DNA of 64,000 nucleotides, from contig JAVRCJ020000018.1 of the NCBI GenBank assembly GCA_034530875.2, positions 96,001-160,000 of the forward strand, read 5' to 3'. The stretch's first letter is position 1, and the number at the start of each line of letters is the position of its first letter. Source of the DNA: Nostoc sp. DedSLP01. GTDB taxonomy: Bacteria > Cyanobacteriota > Cyanobacteriia > Cyanobacteriales > Nostocaceae. The notes under the pieces were generated by a model. The model was given only the letters and a program-made list of their open reading frames with translations. It ran no database searches and was not told where the DNA came from. Below, one piece after another: positions 39,391-50,572 of this stretch. Both the position numbers and the translations under genes were made by a program.

Positions 39391-41274
39391 ATGAGTCAAA
39401 ACTATACAGGTTCAAACTCTCCTCTAATTGCTACTGAGCCATACGACGAATTTGCACCAAACAAATATGTAGAATCTGTGTCTGAGAGTTCCCATCAGGT
39501 TGATGAATCAGAGAAAAATGGGCAAACCGAGCCTTTTTTCTATGGCGAATCAGAGCCAATGCCCTCAGTTGCAGATGCGATCGCCCAGATGTTGGTCAGT
39601 TTAGGAGTAAACTATGCCTTTGGCGTCGCCGGCGGTGCGATGGCAAGCCTTTGGGGTGCCCTGTCCAATAGCAGCATCAAGGTTTTGAACTTCCGCCACG
39701 AAGCGGGAGCCGCCTTTGCAGCCACCGAAGCTTACTTTGCCAGCAATCGGCCTAGTGTCGTGTTCACCACAGCAGGCCCCGGTATCACCAACTCCCTCAC
39801 CGGCTTATTTGCGGCGCGGGGTGAAGGTGCAAAGGTGATTTTGCTGTCGGCTTGCACTTCCGCACCCCAGCGCGGACGTTGGGCAATTCAAGAAACCAGC
39901 ACCTATACGCTACCCAGTGGGGGAATTTTTACCACAGGGGCGCTATTCAACTATGCAATTACCATCGAATCTGCGGCTCAACTGCCGCAGGTTTTTCGCA
40001 AACTTGCCCTAGCTTTAGCGCAACCAGAGGGATTTGTCGCCCATTTGAGCATTCCCACTGCCGTGCAGACAAGCTTAGTTGAAGGTGTAGCCTTCCCCCT
40101 ACTAGATGTAGCCCCTTCTCGGGTAACTCCTTCTAGCGAAGCGATCGCTAAATCTGTAGAGTTATTATCATCCGGCCCCTTTGCCATCTGGGTCGGTTTC
40201 GGTGCGCGTAACGCAGCAGACGAAATCCGCGAACTTGCCCAAAGAACCGGAGCAGCCGTCATGTGTTCGCCCCGCGGTAAAGGCATCTTTCCCGAAGACC
40301 ATCGTCAGTTTGTGGGCGTCACCGGTCTTGGCGGTCATGCTTCCGTCTTGACTTATATGGAACAGCAGACTCCACTACACACACTCGTATTAGGCACCCG
40401 CCTTGGCGAACCAACTTCTTTTTGGAGTCCGGCGCTAGTTCCCAAAAAAGGCTTTGTGCATGTAGATATCGACCCAGAAGTGCCAGGGATAGCTTATCCC
40501 CACGTTGAAACTTTCGGGGTGCGGTCTGACATCAAAGCCTATCTCCAAGAGCTGTTACAGCACTTGCCACATACTCCCCTTGCACATTTAACCTTCCCTC
40601 GCCCGGAACAGCAACCAATTGCAACTGCACCAGACGTAGACTATCCAGTACGACCAGAAGTATTAATGGCAGCAATTCAAAAGATTGTTGTTGAGGGTAG
40701 CGATGCCATAGTCATGGCAGAGTGTGGCAACTCATTTACTTGGTCAACGCATTTACTGCAATTTGCCCAAGCCAACCGTTACCGAGTCAGCACCGGAGTC
40801 GGAGCAATGGGTCACGCCGTCACAGGAGTATTGGGTGCAGCCCTAGCGAACAATACCAAAGCCGTGGGTATTGTTGGCGATGGCGCAATGCTGATGAATA
40901 ACGAAATCAGCACCGCAGTCAAATACAAAATTCCAGCGATTTGGATAGTACTCAACGATGCACGTTACAACATGTGCCATCAAGGGATGAAAATCTTGGG
41001 ATTAAAAGGTGCGGATGCAACGCTTCCACCGACAAACTTTGCCATGATTGCGCGGGGGATGGGAGCAGAAGCGATCGTAGTTGTCAGAGAGTCCGATATT
41101 GAACCGGCATTAGAGCAAGCGATCGCCTCAAATGTACCATTTCTCATCGATGTTGTCATTGATGGCGATCGGCCAGCGCCTTCTGGGGGGCGCAATAAGA
41201 GTTTGGCAGCACAAGGAATCAAATCAACTCCAGCTCAAACTCCAGCCAAACAAGTTTCATTTCCCTTAGTTTGA
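39391..41274 (+). CDS. scyA: ScyA, ThDP-dependent acyloin synthase (acetolactate synthase-like)
   Basis: RHEAGAAF, TTAGPG, GDGA..M.NE..TA...LND ThDP motif; first gene of the cluster. Confidence 0.93.
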   Translation: MSQNYTGSNSPLIATEPYDEFAPNKYVESVSESSHQVDESEKNGQTEPFFYGESEPMPSVADAIAQMLVSLGVNYAFGVAGGAMASLWGALSNSSIKVLNFRHEAGAAFAATEAYFASNRPSVVFTTAGPGITNSLTGLFAARGEGAKVILLSACTSAPQRGRWAIQETSTYTLPSGGIFTTGALFNYAITIESAAQLPQVFRKLALALAQPEGFVAHLSIPTAVQTSLVEGVAFPLLDVAPSRVTPSSEAIAKSVELLSSGPFAIWVGFGARNAADEIRELAQRTGAAVMCSPRGKGIFPEDHRQFVGVTGLGGHASVLTYMEQQTPLHTLVLGTRLGEPTSFWSPALVPKKGFVHVDIDPEVPGIAYPHVETFGVRSDIKAYLQELLQHLPHTPLAHLTFPRPEQQPIATAPDVDYPVRPEVLMAAIQKIVVEGSDAIVMAECGNSFTWSTHLLQFAQANRYRVSTGVGAMGHAVTGVLGAALANNTKAVGIVGDGAMLMNNEISTAVKYKIPAIWIVLNDARYNMCHQGMKILGLKGADATLPPTNFAMIARGMGAEAIVVVRESDIEPALEQAIASNVPFLIDVVIDGDRPAPSGGRNKSLAAQGIKSTPAQTPAKQVSFPLV

Positions 41275-41410
41275 CTCCAACAGCCTTCTAATTAGCATCT
41301 CTCTCTTGGCGGTACTCCCGCAGGAAAGCCGCCCTAACTTCTCTACAAGTCCAAAGTGTGAAATAAAAAACCCGCGCTAATCAACCCAAAATCAAGAATG
41401 AGAAACCAAA

Positions 41411-42472
41411 ATGCTGCTATTTGAAACTGTTAGAGAAATGGGCCACGAACAAGTCCTTTTCTGTCATGGTAAAAATCCAGAAATTAAAGCAATTATTGCC
41501 ATCCATGACACAAGTTTGGGGCCAGCAATGGGAGCGACAAGACTCTACCCTTATGTGAACGAAGAAGCTGCTTTAAAAGACGCCCTGCGTCTGAGCCGTG
41601 GAATGACATATAAAGCCGCCTGCGCCAACATTCCGGCTGGTGGAGGAAAAGCAGTTATTATAGCTAATCCTGAAAATAAAACAGACGAGCTATTAAGAGC
41701 TTATGGTCGTTTTGTTAACAGTATCAATGGGCGTTTTATTACCGGACAAGATGTAAATATTACTCCTGATGATGTGCGGACAATCGGTCAAGAAACTCAA
41801 TATGTCGTTGGACTATCAGAAAAGTCCGGCGGCCCCGCACCGATAACATCTTTAGGAGTTTTTCTCGGAATTAAAGCCGCTGTTGAATTTCGGTGGCAAA
41901 CAAAAAGACTTGATGGATTGAAAGTAGCAGTTCAAGGTCTAGGCAATGTTGGTAAAAATCTCTGTCGGTACTTACACGAACATAATGTCCAGCTTTTTGT
42001 TACCGATATAGATCCAGTCAAAACAGAAGAAATAAAACGGCTTTATGGTGCAACCGTTGTAGAGCCGTCTGAAATTTATTCTCTTGACGTCGATGTTTTT
42101 TCTCCTTGCGCTTTAGGAGCAATTCTTAATAGCCATACAATTCCTTTTCTCAAAGCAAATATTGTTGCCGGTGCAGCTAACAATCAATTAGAGAACGAAC
42201 AGCTACACAGCCAAATACTTACTAAAAAAGGAATTCTTTATAGTCCTGATTATGTCATTAATGCAGGAGGATTAATTAATGTTTATAACGAGATGATTGG
42301 CTATGACGAAGAAAAAGCCTTGAAGCAAGTTCATAATATTTATGACACATTGCTGGCAATTTTTGAGATTGCTCAACAGCAGGAAATTACTACTAACGAT
42401 GCTGCTAAAAGATTAGCGGAAGATAGAATTGCAAAGGGTAAAAGAAATAAAAAACAGGCTGTTGCAGCTTAA
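41411..42472 (+). CDS. scyB: ScyB, tryptophan dehydrogenase (Leu dehydrogenase family)
   Basis: GPAMGATR, GMTYK, GGGKAVI, QGLGNVG, GAANNQL. Confidence 0.93.
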   Translation: MLLFETVREMGHEQVLFCHGKNPEIKAIIAIHDTSLGPAMGATRLYPYVNEEAALKDALRLSRGMTYKAACANIPAGGGKAVIIANPENKTDELLRAYGRFVNSINGRFITGQDVNITPDDVRTIGQETQYVVGLSEKSGGPAPITSLGVFLGIKAAVEFRWQTKRLDGLKVAVQGLGNVGKNLCRYLHEHNVQLFVTDIDPVKTEEIKRLYGATVVEPSEIYSLDVDVFSPCALGAILNSHTIPFLKANIVAGAANNQLENEQLHSQILTKKGILYSPDYVINAGGLINVYNEMIGYDEEKALKQVHNIYDTLLAIFEIAQQQEITTNDAAKRLAEDRIAKGKRNKKQAVAA

Positions 42473-42509
42473 ATTGCCTAATTATTAAGTGTTGCTTGAA
42501 GGAGCGAAT

Positions 42510-43493
42510 ATGGAAAAGAATACGTTTGCGACATCAGCTTATATTGCGACTTCACCAGAGATTGCCTTTGACTACCTTTGTAGTTTAAAAAACTTGGATG
42601 AATGGACGCTTTATAGCCGGATGAAAGAGCAAATTGACGAAGATACTTGGTTAGGAAGTGCGTCTGGTTATCACAAAAATCTCTACTATCACGTTAAAAA
42701 ATTAGAAAATAAGCTTTTCTACGGTATTGAATGGCACTGCGGGTTAGAGTATCAGAAATATTTTCAGGTTTACCCCGTTTTGCTTTTTCCTCCCGATTAT
42801 ATCGAGCCTGGATGTGATGAAAAGGGCGTGTACTTTCACTGGTTAAGCTTTGTCGATCCAAAACGGCAAACTCAGATGATTATGCAGGGAATCCACACGG
42901 TACATACTTCCGAGTGTCGTTCTCTCAAAGGTAATTTGGAACGCAAAGCTGGGCATACCACAGCAGTTAAAGGACGCTACTTTATTGATACTGATACTAT
43001 CTATGTTGATGCCCCAATTGAAATTGGAATTGAATACTTAAAAGACTTACAAAATATAGATGAATGGGCGCATTTACTCCGACCAAATGGTGAAATTGGT
43101 CTAGATTCAGGTGAATTCAAAGATGAATACGACCAGAAAGTAATAGTTTCTGTAAGGCTACATAGTTTGAGCAAATACTATTTAGTCGAACAAGAATACT
43201 TTTATCCAAAATACGAATATTATCAACGGTCTGTAGCGTTACTAATTCCCACAGCTTATGCTTTCGCCGATCCAGAGGCTCCTGGTTTTATTTTGCATCG
43301 AATCACATTTTGGAAAACAGATGGAACTGTTAGCCACGGCAAACTGCAAATTGAAGACTTCGGCGCTGAAAGCATGAATATTAAACGGTTGTTGGAAGCG
43401 AAAGCCGGTAATTTTCAATCATTCGACAGGGGGATGAGTTATTTACCAAAAATTCAAGAGGAGAGACGTAGCAATGCTACGTCTGTACATTAG
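42510..43493 (+). CDS. scyC: ScyC, scytonemin cyclase/decarboxylase
   Basis: Position after scyB; internally duplicated YI.T/AP..A..YL..L.NLDEW halves; ATG 42510 has a GAAGGAG RBS. Confidence 0.88.
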   Translation: MEKNTFATSAYIATSPEIAFDYLCSLKNLDEWTLYSRMKEQIDEDTWLGSASGYHKNLYYHVKKLENKLFYGIEWHCGLEYQKYFQVYPVLLFPPDYIEPGCDEKGVYFHWLSFVDPKRQTQMIMQGIHTVHTSECRSLKGNLERKAGHTTAVKGRYFIDTDTIYVDAPIEIGIEYLKDLQNIDEWAHLLRPNGEIGLDSGEFKDEYDQKVIVSVRLHSLSKYYLVEQEYFYPKYEYYQRSVALLIPTAYAFADPEAPGFILHRITFWKTDGTVSHGKLQIEDFGAESMNIKRLLEAKAGNFQSFDRGMSYLPKIQEERRSNATSVH

Positions 43494-43527
43494 TCATTAG
43501 TCATCGGGCAAATGGCAAATAAAAAAT

Positions 43528-44787
43528 ATGAAAATGAAGCAAGTTACTATTAGTTTACTGAGTTTTTGTGTTGTTGCTTTTTCTGGAATAAAATCTGCGG
43601 CAGCAGCATCATTTTCCATAATTGCCGAGGGTCTTAATAATGCAGGAGGTTTAAGTTTTGGCCCCGATGGTAATCTCTATGTCACAGAGGCCGGAATAGG
43701 AGGAAATGGAAGTTGCGTTCCACCAGCAAGCGGCCAAGGCGATTCTTTATGTTATGGCAATAGTGGTGCAATTACCAAAATTGCAAATGGTAAAACTCAG
43801 CGTATACTTACAGGACTTCCTTCATTAGCCCTACCAAATGGTACTGGAGGTAGCGGCCCTCGTGACATCAAATTTGATGCTCAAGGTAAGCCTTATGTTC
43901 TACTTGGGTATGGGGCGAATCCAGTTTTTCGCGATCGCAATTTAGGTAACAATGACCTCGGTAAAATTATTGCACCCGATTTTAAGACCAATTCCTGGAC
44001 AAGTATTGCCGATATCGCTAATTACGAATTAGCTAACAATCCCGATGGCAAAGATGTCAATAGCAATCCCTTGGGCTTTGTCATCAATGGCAATAATTTG
44101 GCTGTGGTTGATGCTGGTGCAAACAACTTGCTAAGTGTAAAAACTAATGGTACTAATTTACAAGCTCTTACCACATTTGCTCAAGAGATATTAAATAATC
44201 CGGTTTTTCCGCCTACTGGTACTCCATCTAACGAACCAGCGCAGGTACCATCCCAAAACGAAAAACCACAATTATCGCAGTTTCCCATTCAAGTAGTACC
44301 CTCAAGTGTCGCCATCGGCCCTGATGGTGCTTATTATGTCAGCCAATTTACTGGCTTTCCTTTCCCAGAAGGCCAAGCAAAAATCTATCGCATAGGTGCT
44401 GATGGCGTACCAACAATCTATGCAGATGGTTTTACCCAACTTACAGACTTGGAATTTGATACTCAGGGCAACTTGTATGCATTGCAATACGCCAATCAAT
44501 CAGCCTGGAAAGGTAATCTTGATGGTTCTCTAATTAAAATAGCCGCCGATGGAACTCGTACAACCATCCTCAGTGGCAATGGATTAGAGTCGCCTAGTGC
44601 CTTGACTATTGGTGCTGATGGTGCAATTTACATTACCAATCGCGGCGATCGCCCTGGTGAAGGACAAATCCTCAAAGTTGAAAATCTCCAGTCTATTCCA
44701 GAACCGAGTTCTGCTTTAGGTGTATTAGCGATCGCTGTTTTGGGTGCTGCTTGGTTGCACAAAAAAGAAGCCCCAAAGCCTTACTAA
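43528..44787 (+). CDS. scyD: ScyD, secreted ScyD/ScyE-family protein with PEP-CTERM
   Basis: Signal peptide, GPDG repeats, FTGFPFP, C-terminal IPEPSSALGVL-TM-HKK. Confidence 0.85.
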   Translation: MKMKQVTISLLSFCVVAFSGIKSAAAASFSIIAEGLNNAGGLSFGPDGNLYVTEAGIGGNGSCVPPASGQGDSLCYGNSGAITKIANGKTQRILTGLPSLALPNGTGGSGPRDIKFDAQGKPYVLLGYGANPVFRDRNLGNNDLGKIIAPDFKTNSWTSIADIANYELANNPDGKDVNSNPLGFVINGNNLAVVDAGANNLLSVKTNGTNLQALTTFAQEILNNPVFPPTGTPSNEPAQVPSQNEKPQLSQFPIQVVPSSVAIGPDGAYYVSQFTGFPFPEGQAKIYRIGADGVPTIYADGFTQLTDLEFDTQGNLYALQYANQSAWKGNLDGSLIKIAADGTRTTILSGNGLESPSALTIGADGAIYITNRGDRPGEGQILKVENLQSIPEPSSALGVLAIAVLGAAWLHKKEAPKPY

Positions 44788-44906
44788 CTCTGAATTCTAA
44801 ATTCTGACTCCTGAATTCTATTAGCGTAGCGGGGCGTAGCCCATTCTGAATTCTTCTTGATAAAAATTTCCACAAACAAATTATTTAATTTTCAATCTCT
44901 AAAGGT

Positions 44907-46283
44907 ATGAAACTCAAGTCATTTGCTCTGACATCTGTAACATTTTGTTTTGCTGCTATTTGTGGAATACCATCTGTACAAGCTGCAAGTCTAACGACAA
45001 TTGTCGATGGAGTTAGTAATGCACGAGGTGTTAGCTTTGGACCTGATGGAACTCTCTACGTAGCAGAACCGGGTATTGGAGGTAATGGAAATTGCCAGCC
45101 ATCTCCGAGTACGCTATTTCAGCCTATCTGTGCTGGTAACAGTGGTTCCCTCGTCAAAGTGACATCAAATGGTCAGGTACAGCGTATATTAAATAACTTT
45201 CAATCTCTAGCAGAACAACCAAGCGGCAACCAAGGCGCGGGTATTCAAGACTTGCAATTCGATTCTTTGGGAAATGCTTATCTTCTGACTGGGTTTGCTG
45301 GTTATCCAGGAAACCGGGATTTAGCAACACTGCAACTCGGTTCTCAATTTCCTATTCCACAACAACAACTTGCTACTTTCCCGCCATCAACACCCGATAA
45401 AGTCTTAAATTCACCACTCCTAGCACAACTGTACAAAGTTGACTTGAACACGGGATCTCTCAATAGTATTTTTGACTTTGCCAAGTATGAAATCACCAAA
45501 AATCCAGATGGTGGAGATATAGTTACCAATCCCTACGATTTGACTATTAACGGCGATAGTGCTTATGTCATTGATGGTGGTGGAAACACTGCTTACAAAG
45601 TTAAACTTGACGGAAGTGATGTCCAAGCAACTGGAATTCCCAAAAATATCATTAATAAGTCCGACTTGCCACCAGGATTGCAACTACCACCAGGGCTATT
45701 AAATGAGCTTCCAGGAGGAAAAATAGCAATTCAATCAGTACCTACAGGTGGTGCAATTGGCCCGGATGGAGCTTTATACGTTAGTGAATATACTGGTTTT
45801 CCTTATCCTGAAGAGAAATCGCGGATTTTCCGCATCGGTAAAGATGGAAAGCCAGAAGTTTATTTGGATGGGTTTACGCACATCACAGACATAACCTTCG
45901 ATGAATTTGGTAATTTGCTGGTCTTACAGTTCAGCGATACCTCTCAATTAGGGGGTGACATCACAAATCTGCCTGGTTCTCTGATTAAAGTTGCTCCTAA
46001 TGGCACTCGTACAGTACTTGTGGCAGCGGGTGAAGGCCTAGATTCGGCTGATGGAATTGATATTGGCCCTGACGGCAAAATTTATATTACCAATCGTGGC
46101 GTCGGCCCGAAATTAGGGCGAGTTGTTCGGGTGGATGGTTTAGTTGCAGAAAGAATCCCGGAACCTGGTTCAGTAGCTGGCTTATTAGCACTTGCTAGTT
46201 TAGGCGCTACTGGTGCGATCGCCAAGCGCAAACGCCAACAAAAGTTGGGTGAAGAGTTACTAGTCAAAGCAGAGACTGTCTAA
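44907..46283 (+). CDS. scyE: ScyE, secreted ScyD/ScyE-family protein with PEP-CTERM
   Basis: Paralog of scyD; YTGFPYP; IPEPGSVAGLL-TM-KRKR. Confidence 0.85.
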   Translation: MKLKSFALTSVTFCFAAICGIPSVQAASLTTIVDGVSNARGVSFGPDGTLYVAEPGIGGNGNCQPSPSTLFQPICAGNSGSLVKVTSNGQVQRILNNFQSLAEQPSGNQGAGIQDLQFDSLGNAYLLTGFAGYPGNRDLATLQLGSQFPIPQQQLATFPPSTPDKVLNSPLLAQLYKVDLNTGSLNSIFDFAKYEITKNPDGGDIVTNPYDLTINGDSAYVIDGGGNTAYKVKLDGSDVQATGIPKNIINKSDLPPGLQLPPGLLNELPGGKIAIQSVPTGGAIGPDGALYVSEYTGFPYPEEKSRIFRIGKDGKPEVYLDGFTHITDITFDEFGNLLVLQFSDTSQLGGDITNLPGSLIKVAPNGTRTVLVAAGEGLDSADGIDIGPDGKIYITNRGVGPKLGRVVRVDGLVAERIPEPGSVAGLLALASLGATGAIAKRKRQQKLGEELLVKAETV

Positions 46284-46506
46284 TTTCTAAGGTGTAGGGT
46301 GTCGGGGAAAGAAGAGAAAATATTGCGAATTGCGAATTAGTATTACCCCACACCCTACCCCCTAGAGAAAAGAGAATGCTACCTCACACAGAAAGTTGCA
46401 TTTCAAACACGAGGTAGCAGTCCAAACTTGAGAGTTCCCAAACTGGAACTGGGAACGAAATTAGTCTAGGAACGAGTATAACTCATACAACCACGACTTA
46501 AAACTC

Positions 46507-47703
46507 ATGGGATTAGTCAAAAATTTATCACTTAGCATTCTCAGTACTGGATTCGCGGTATTGGCAACAACTGCCCAAGCGAAGGCTGTAACATTAACTT
46601 TTGACAGAAGTATCGGCAGTCCTGGCTTTGGCCCTGGGCAACTCTTTGTTCCCCAAGGTATAGCAGTGGATAGCCAAGGGAATACCCTCATAGCTAACGG
46701 ACGCGGTGTTAACCCGGATGGTACTCCTAACTACAACCTCGGTAACAAAATTGAAAAATTTAGTCCAACCGGTCAGTATATTGGAGCAATTGGCTCCGGC
46801 GGCACAGGACCCGGACAGTTTGACGAGCCAACAACTGTAGACTTTAATCCTGTAACAGGGGATTTGTATGCAGGCGATGTTTACAACAACCGCATCAATC
46901 AATTCGATTCTCAGGGTAACTTTATTAGATCCTTTGCAAATGGACAATTTACCCCTCTCGTACAAGGTAGGCTTTTCTTTGGACCATCTGGTGTCACATT
47001 TGACAAAGCTGGTAACGTTTACGTAGGTGATTTTAACGGCGAAAGAATTCTTAAATTCACACCTGACGGACAGCAAATTGGTGTCATTGGTGGCACTAAT
47101 GGCACTGCACCTGGGCAATTCCAAGGTGTAGCAGGTGTAAGAATTTCCCCAGTTAGTGGAAATATCTTTGTAGCTGACCAATATAATAACCGCGTTCAAG
47201 TTCTCGATCCAAATGGTAATCCTCTGTTGGCATTTGGTTCAGCAGGTAGCGGGCCTGGACAGCTTCTTCAGCCAATTGGCATCGAAGTGGACGACCAAGA
47301 GAATGTTTATGTAGCTGATTCTATCAACAGCCGCGTTCAGGTATTTGATAAAAACGGTAAATTCTTGACTTCCTACGGTAAACCAGCCCTAGATGCATCA
47401 GGTAAACCAGTCCCGCCTCCAGGATTAACTGACGGTCCCTTTGGCAACCCCCTTGACCTGACACCAGGTATATTTAACTGGACGGGTGGCACAGCCCTTA
47501 AAGATAGCAAGCTTTATGTGGGCGATTTCTTCCAAGGTCGCGTTCAAGTGTTAAACGTAGAGGGTAGGACGCAAGTACCGGAACCTAGTGCGGCGTTGGG
47601 TCTAGCATTGTTCGGACTTGGAGCTGCTACCATGACATTGCGAAAACATAGACAACAAAAATCAGCTTTCGCTCTTGAAAAAGAACTGCAAAAGCAATGC
47701 TAA
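46507..47703 (+). CDS. scyF: ScyF, NHL-repeat protein with PEP-CTERM
   Basis: G.GPGQF..P.GI.VD...YVAD..N.RVQ repeats; VPEPSAALGL-TM-RKHR. Confidence 0.87.
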   Translation: MGLVKNLSLSILSTGFAVLATTAQAKAVTLTFDRSIGSPGFGPGQLFVPQGIAVDSQGNTLIANGRGVNPDGTPNYNLGNKIEKFSPTGQYIGAIGSGGTGPGQFDEPTTVDFNPVTGDLYAGDVYNNRINQFDSQGNFIRSFANGQFTPLVQGRLFFGPSGVTFDKAGNVYVGDFNGERILKFTPDGQQIGVIGGTNGTAPGQFQGVAGVRISPVSGNIFVADQYNNRVQVLDPNGNPLLAFGSAGSGPGQLLQPIGIEVDDQENVYVADSINSRVQVFDKNGKFLTSYGKPALDASGKPVPPPGLTDGPFGNPLDLTPGIFNWTGGTALKDSKLYVGDFFQGRVQVLNVEGRTQVPEPSAALGLALFGLGAATMTLRKHRQQKSAFALEKELQKQC

Positions 47704-47868
47704 ATAATTAATAATTCGTAATTCGTAGTTCGTAATTAAAACGCCTACAATAGCCGACACGTTCATTTTTAATTGAGCGATCGCCAAAATAGTGGAGAGT
47801 CAAAAACTACCACTCAACTATAATTACGAATTACGAATTACAAATAGCTTCCAGGAAATTAAAATTTG

Positions 47869-49158
47869 ATGCACATTCTGATTTATTCATACAACTATTA
47901 TCCAGAGCCGATTGGTATTGCACCTTTGATGACCGAACTAGCAGAAGGACTAGTCAAACGCGGTCACGAAGTGCGAGTGATTACAGGTATGCCTAACTAT
48001 CCTCAGCGCCAGATTTACGATGAATATCGGGGTAAGTTATACGTTACTGAAGAAAAAAATGGCGTTACCATTGAGCGTTGTTACCTGCGAATTAAGTCGA
48101 AACCTAACCTCATAGACAGACTACTCTTAGAGTTGAGTTTTGTCTTTACAAGTTTCCCACAAGCGATTAAAGGTCAGCGCCCTGATGTAATTCTCTTAAC
48201 AGTGCCGCCGCTACTAATTTCCTTACCTGCAATCTTACTTGGTTGGCTATACAACTGCCCGGTAGTGTTGAATGTGCAAGATATCCTTCCAGAAGCAGCC
48301 GTGCGTGTTGGGCTAATTAAAAATAAGCCAACGATCCGAATTCTGGAAGCATTAGAAAAATTTGTCTACCGAACCACCCACAGTATCAGCGTCATTGCCG
48401 ATGGTTTTGTAGATAATTTAATAGATAAAAATGTACCTGCGAATAAAATAGCTTGCATTCCCAACTGGGTGAATCTCAATTTTATTCGTCCTTTTCCCAA
48501 GGAAAATAATTCTTGGAGAACTAGTCATAAACTTAACGATAAATTTGTAGTCCTTTATTCCGGTAATATTGCTTTAACGCAAGGTTTGGAGACAGTAATA
48601 GAAGCAGCGGCTTGCTTGCGTCATATCAAAGAAATCGCCTTTGTCATCGCTGGAGAATCCGAAGCCCTCAAAGTTTTGCAACAACATTGTCTTGCTTGTG
48701 GTGCAGATAACGTTTTACTGCTGCCATTGGAACAACGAGAAAAACTACCACAAATGTTAGCAGGTGCAGATGTGGGCTTGATTGTGCAAAAGCGCAATAT
48801 CATTTCCTTCAATATGCCTTCTAAAATCCCATTACTGTTAGCCAGCGGTCGCCCAATTATAGGTTCAGTTCCCGCCACTGGTACTGCTGCCAAAGCCATC
48901 CGACAAAGCGGTGGCGGTATGATTGTTGAGCCAGAGTCAGGGGATGCTTTGGCTACTGCGGTACTAGATTTATATAATCATCCGGAAGTTGCAGCGCAAT
49001 TAGGGCAAAAAGGAAGAAAGTTTGCGGTAGAAAATTATTGCTTCGAGCAAGCTTTAGATCGGTATGAAAATCTCTTTTCTGATGCGATCGCCAAGAAAAC
49101 ATCAGACTTGGATATTTTACCAGAATTGAGTTCTAAAGAATCGCTTGTTGATATTTAA
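47869..49158 (+). CDS. GT4 (WcaI-like) glycosyltransferase of the scytonemin cluster
   Basis: YYPEPIGIA, PNYP, YSGNI..QGLE, MPSKI...LASGRP. Confidence 0.9.
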   Translation: MHILIYSYNYYPEPIGIAPLMTELAEGLVKRGHEVRVITGMPNYPQRQIYDEYRGKLYVTEEKNGVTIERCYLRIKSKPNLIDRLLLELSFVFTSFPQAIKGQRPDVILLTVPPLLISLPAILLGWLYNCPVVLNVQDILPEAAVRVGLIKNKPTIRILEALEKFVYRTTHSISVIADGFVDNLIDKNVPANKIACIPNWVNLNFIRPFPKENNSWRTSHKLNDKFVVLYSGNIALTQGLETVIEAAACLRHIKEIAFVIAGESEALKVLQQHCLACGADNVLLLPLEQREKLPQMLAGADVGLIVQKRNIISFNMPSKIPLLLASGRPIIGSVPATGTAAKAIRQSGGGMIVEPESGDALATAVLDLYNHPEVAAQLGQKGRKFAVENYCFEQALDRYENLFSDAIAKKTSDLDILPELSSKESLVDI

Positions 49159-49258
49159 AATTGGGGACTGGGCGGAGGGGCAGGGGGCAGGGGAAGAATA
49201 AGAACTCCTAAATTATCAGTCAACAGTCAAGACTCAGACTTTATAATAGGACTGGCTT

Positions 49259-50116
49259 ATGAACGCTGACCAAAGTGCGATCGCTCTGATTAGCGATCGT
49301 CTATCATTATTAGAAGTTGGTATTCCTGAATCTGCAACAAATCATGTTAATCCCCGAAAAATCACCATCATCGGCGGACATGGCAGAATGGGAAGGTTAT
49401 TTAAAGAGCAATTTTCGGCACTAGGTCATAATGTTAGCGTTCTCGAACATCAAGATTGGCAATATGCAGAGAAACTCTTAAATACGGCAGAGTTAGTTTT
49501 AGTCAGCGTCCCTATTGAATATACAGTTGATGTTATCAAACGTGCAGCTAAATACCTCGCACCCACTACAGCTTTGTGCGATATCACAAGCATTAAAACA
49601 CAGCCAACTCAAGCAATGCTCGAACACCATTCAGGCCCCGTTATGGGTTTGCATCCAATGTTCGGGCCGAATATTAAATCGTTTTTAGGGCAAAAATTTG
49701 TAATATGTCCAGCTAGAAACGACGATGCATTTCAATGGCTATTAAGCTCGATTCAAAATCTAGGTGGCGAATTAATTGTTTGCACGGCTGAAGAACACGA
49801 CCGGATGATGGTAATTATTCAAGCAGTGCAGCATTTTTGTAGATTGAGCTTTGGAATTTTCTTAGCTGAAACCGGAATTGATATAGAGCAGAGTTTATTA
49901 ATGTCAACTCCTAGTTATCAGCAACAAATTGATAGTATTAAACGTTTGTTTTCTCAAAACTCTCACTTATGTGTCGATATTATGTTAGCTACAGAGGAGA
50001 GATGTGAAGCAATTAACTCTTTAGCTAATACTTATAAGCGTTTGGCAAGATTAGTAAGAAAGAAAGATAGAGAAGCATTAATTCAAGAGTTGGAAAGAGT
50101 CAGAATATTTTTTTAG
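49259..50116 (+). CDS. tyrA: Prephenate dehydrogenase with only a remnant of the chorismate mutase region
   Basis: IIGGHGRMG, DITSIK, GLHPMFGP, EHDRMM. Confidence 0.88.
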   Translation: MNADQSAIALISDRLSLLEVGIPESATNHVNPRKITIIGGHGRMGRLFKEQFSALGHNVSVLEHQDWQYAEKLLNTAELVLVSVPIEYTVDVIKRAAKYLAPTTALCDITSIKTQPTQAMLEHHSGPVMGLHPMFGPNIKSFLGQKFVICPARNDDAFQWLLSSIQNLGGELIVCTAEEHDRMMVIIQAVQHFCRLSFGIFLAETGIDIEQSLLMSTPSYQQQIDSIKRLFSQNSHLCVDIMLATEERCEAINSLANTYKRLARLVRKKDREALIQELERVRIFF

Positions 50117-50572
50117 AAAAAATTTTTAATATTGGGTATTTAGATAATTGTAAATATTTAGCTCGTGCAGAGACGTTCCAGGTGCAGAGTAAGAGCTTTA
50201 GAGGAATTTTATTTTACAAGATAAGAGTTTACTTATACTTAAGGATAGATAATCATATACTACCTTTGATGGAGGAAGAATTTTTTAAGCGGTGTCGAGA
50301 ACAAATATCCCAATAAAACATTATAAAAAGCGAATAAATTGACACCCAATCTAAAAAATATTCAATATATTATTTGCTTGGCATATAGTAGCCTTAAATA
50401 AGAAGCAAAATTTTTTAATTACATTTTTCACAAATATTTTACGGATGAGAATAGGTTGGCTTAAATTGACATTGAGTAGTCTAATTTTATTCTTTATCCA
50501 CAAATAAATATTAATAATAATTAACGATTGGTGAATAACGGTTGACTAACAACTATTCCAGAGAAATTACCT

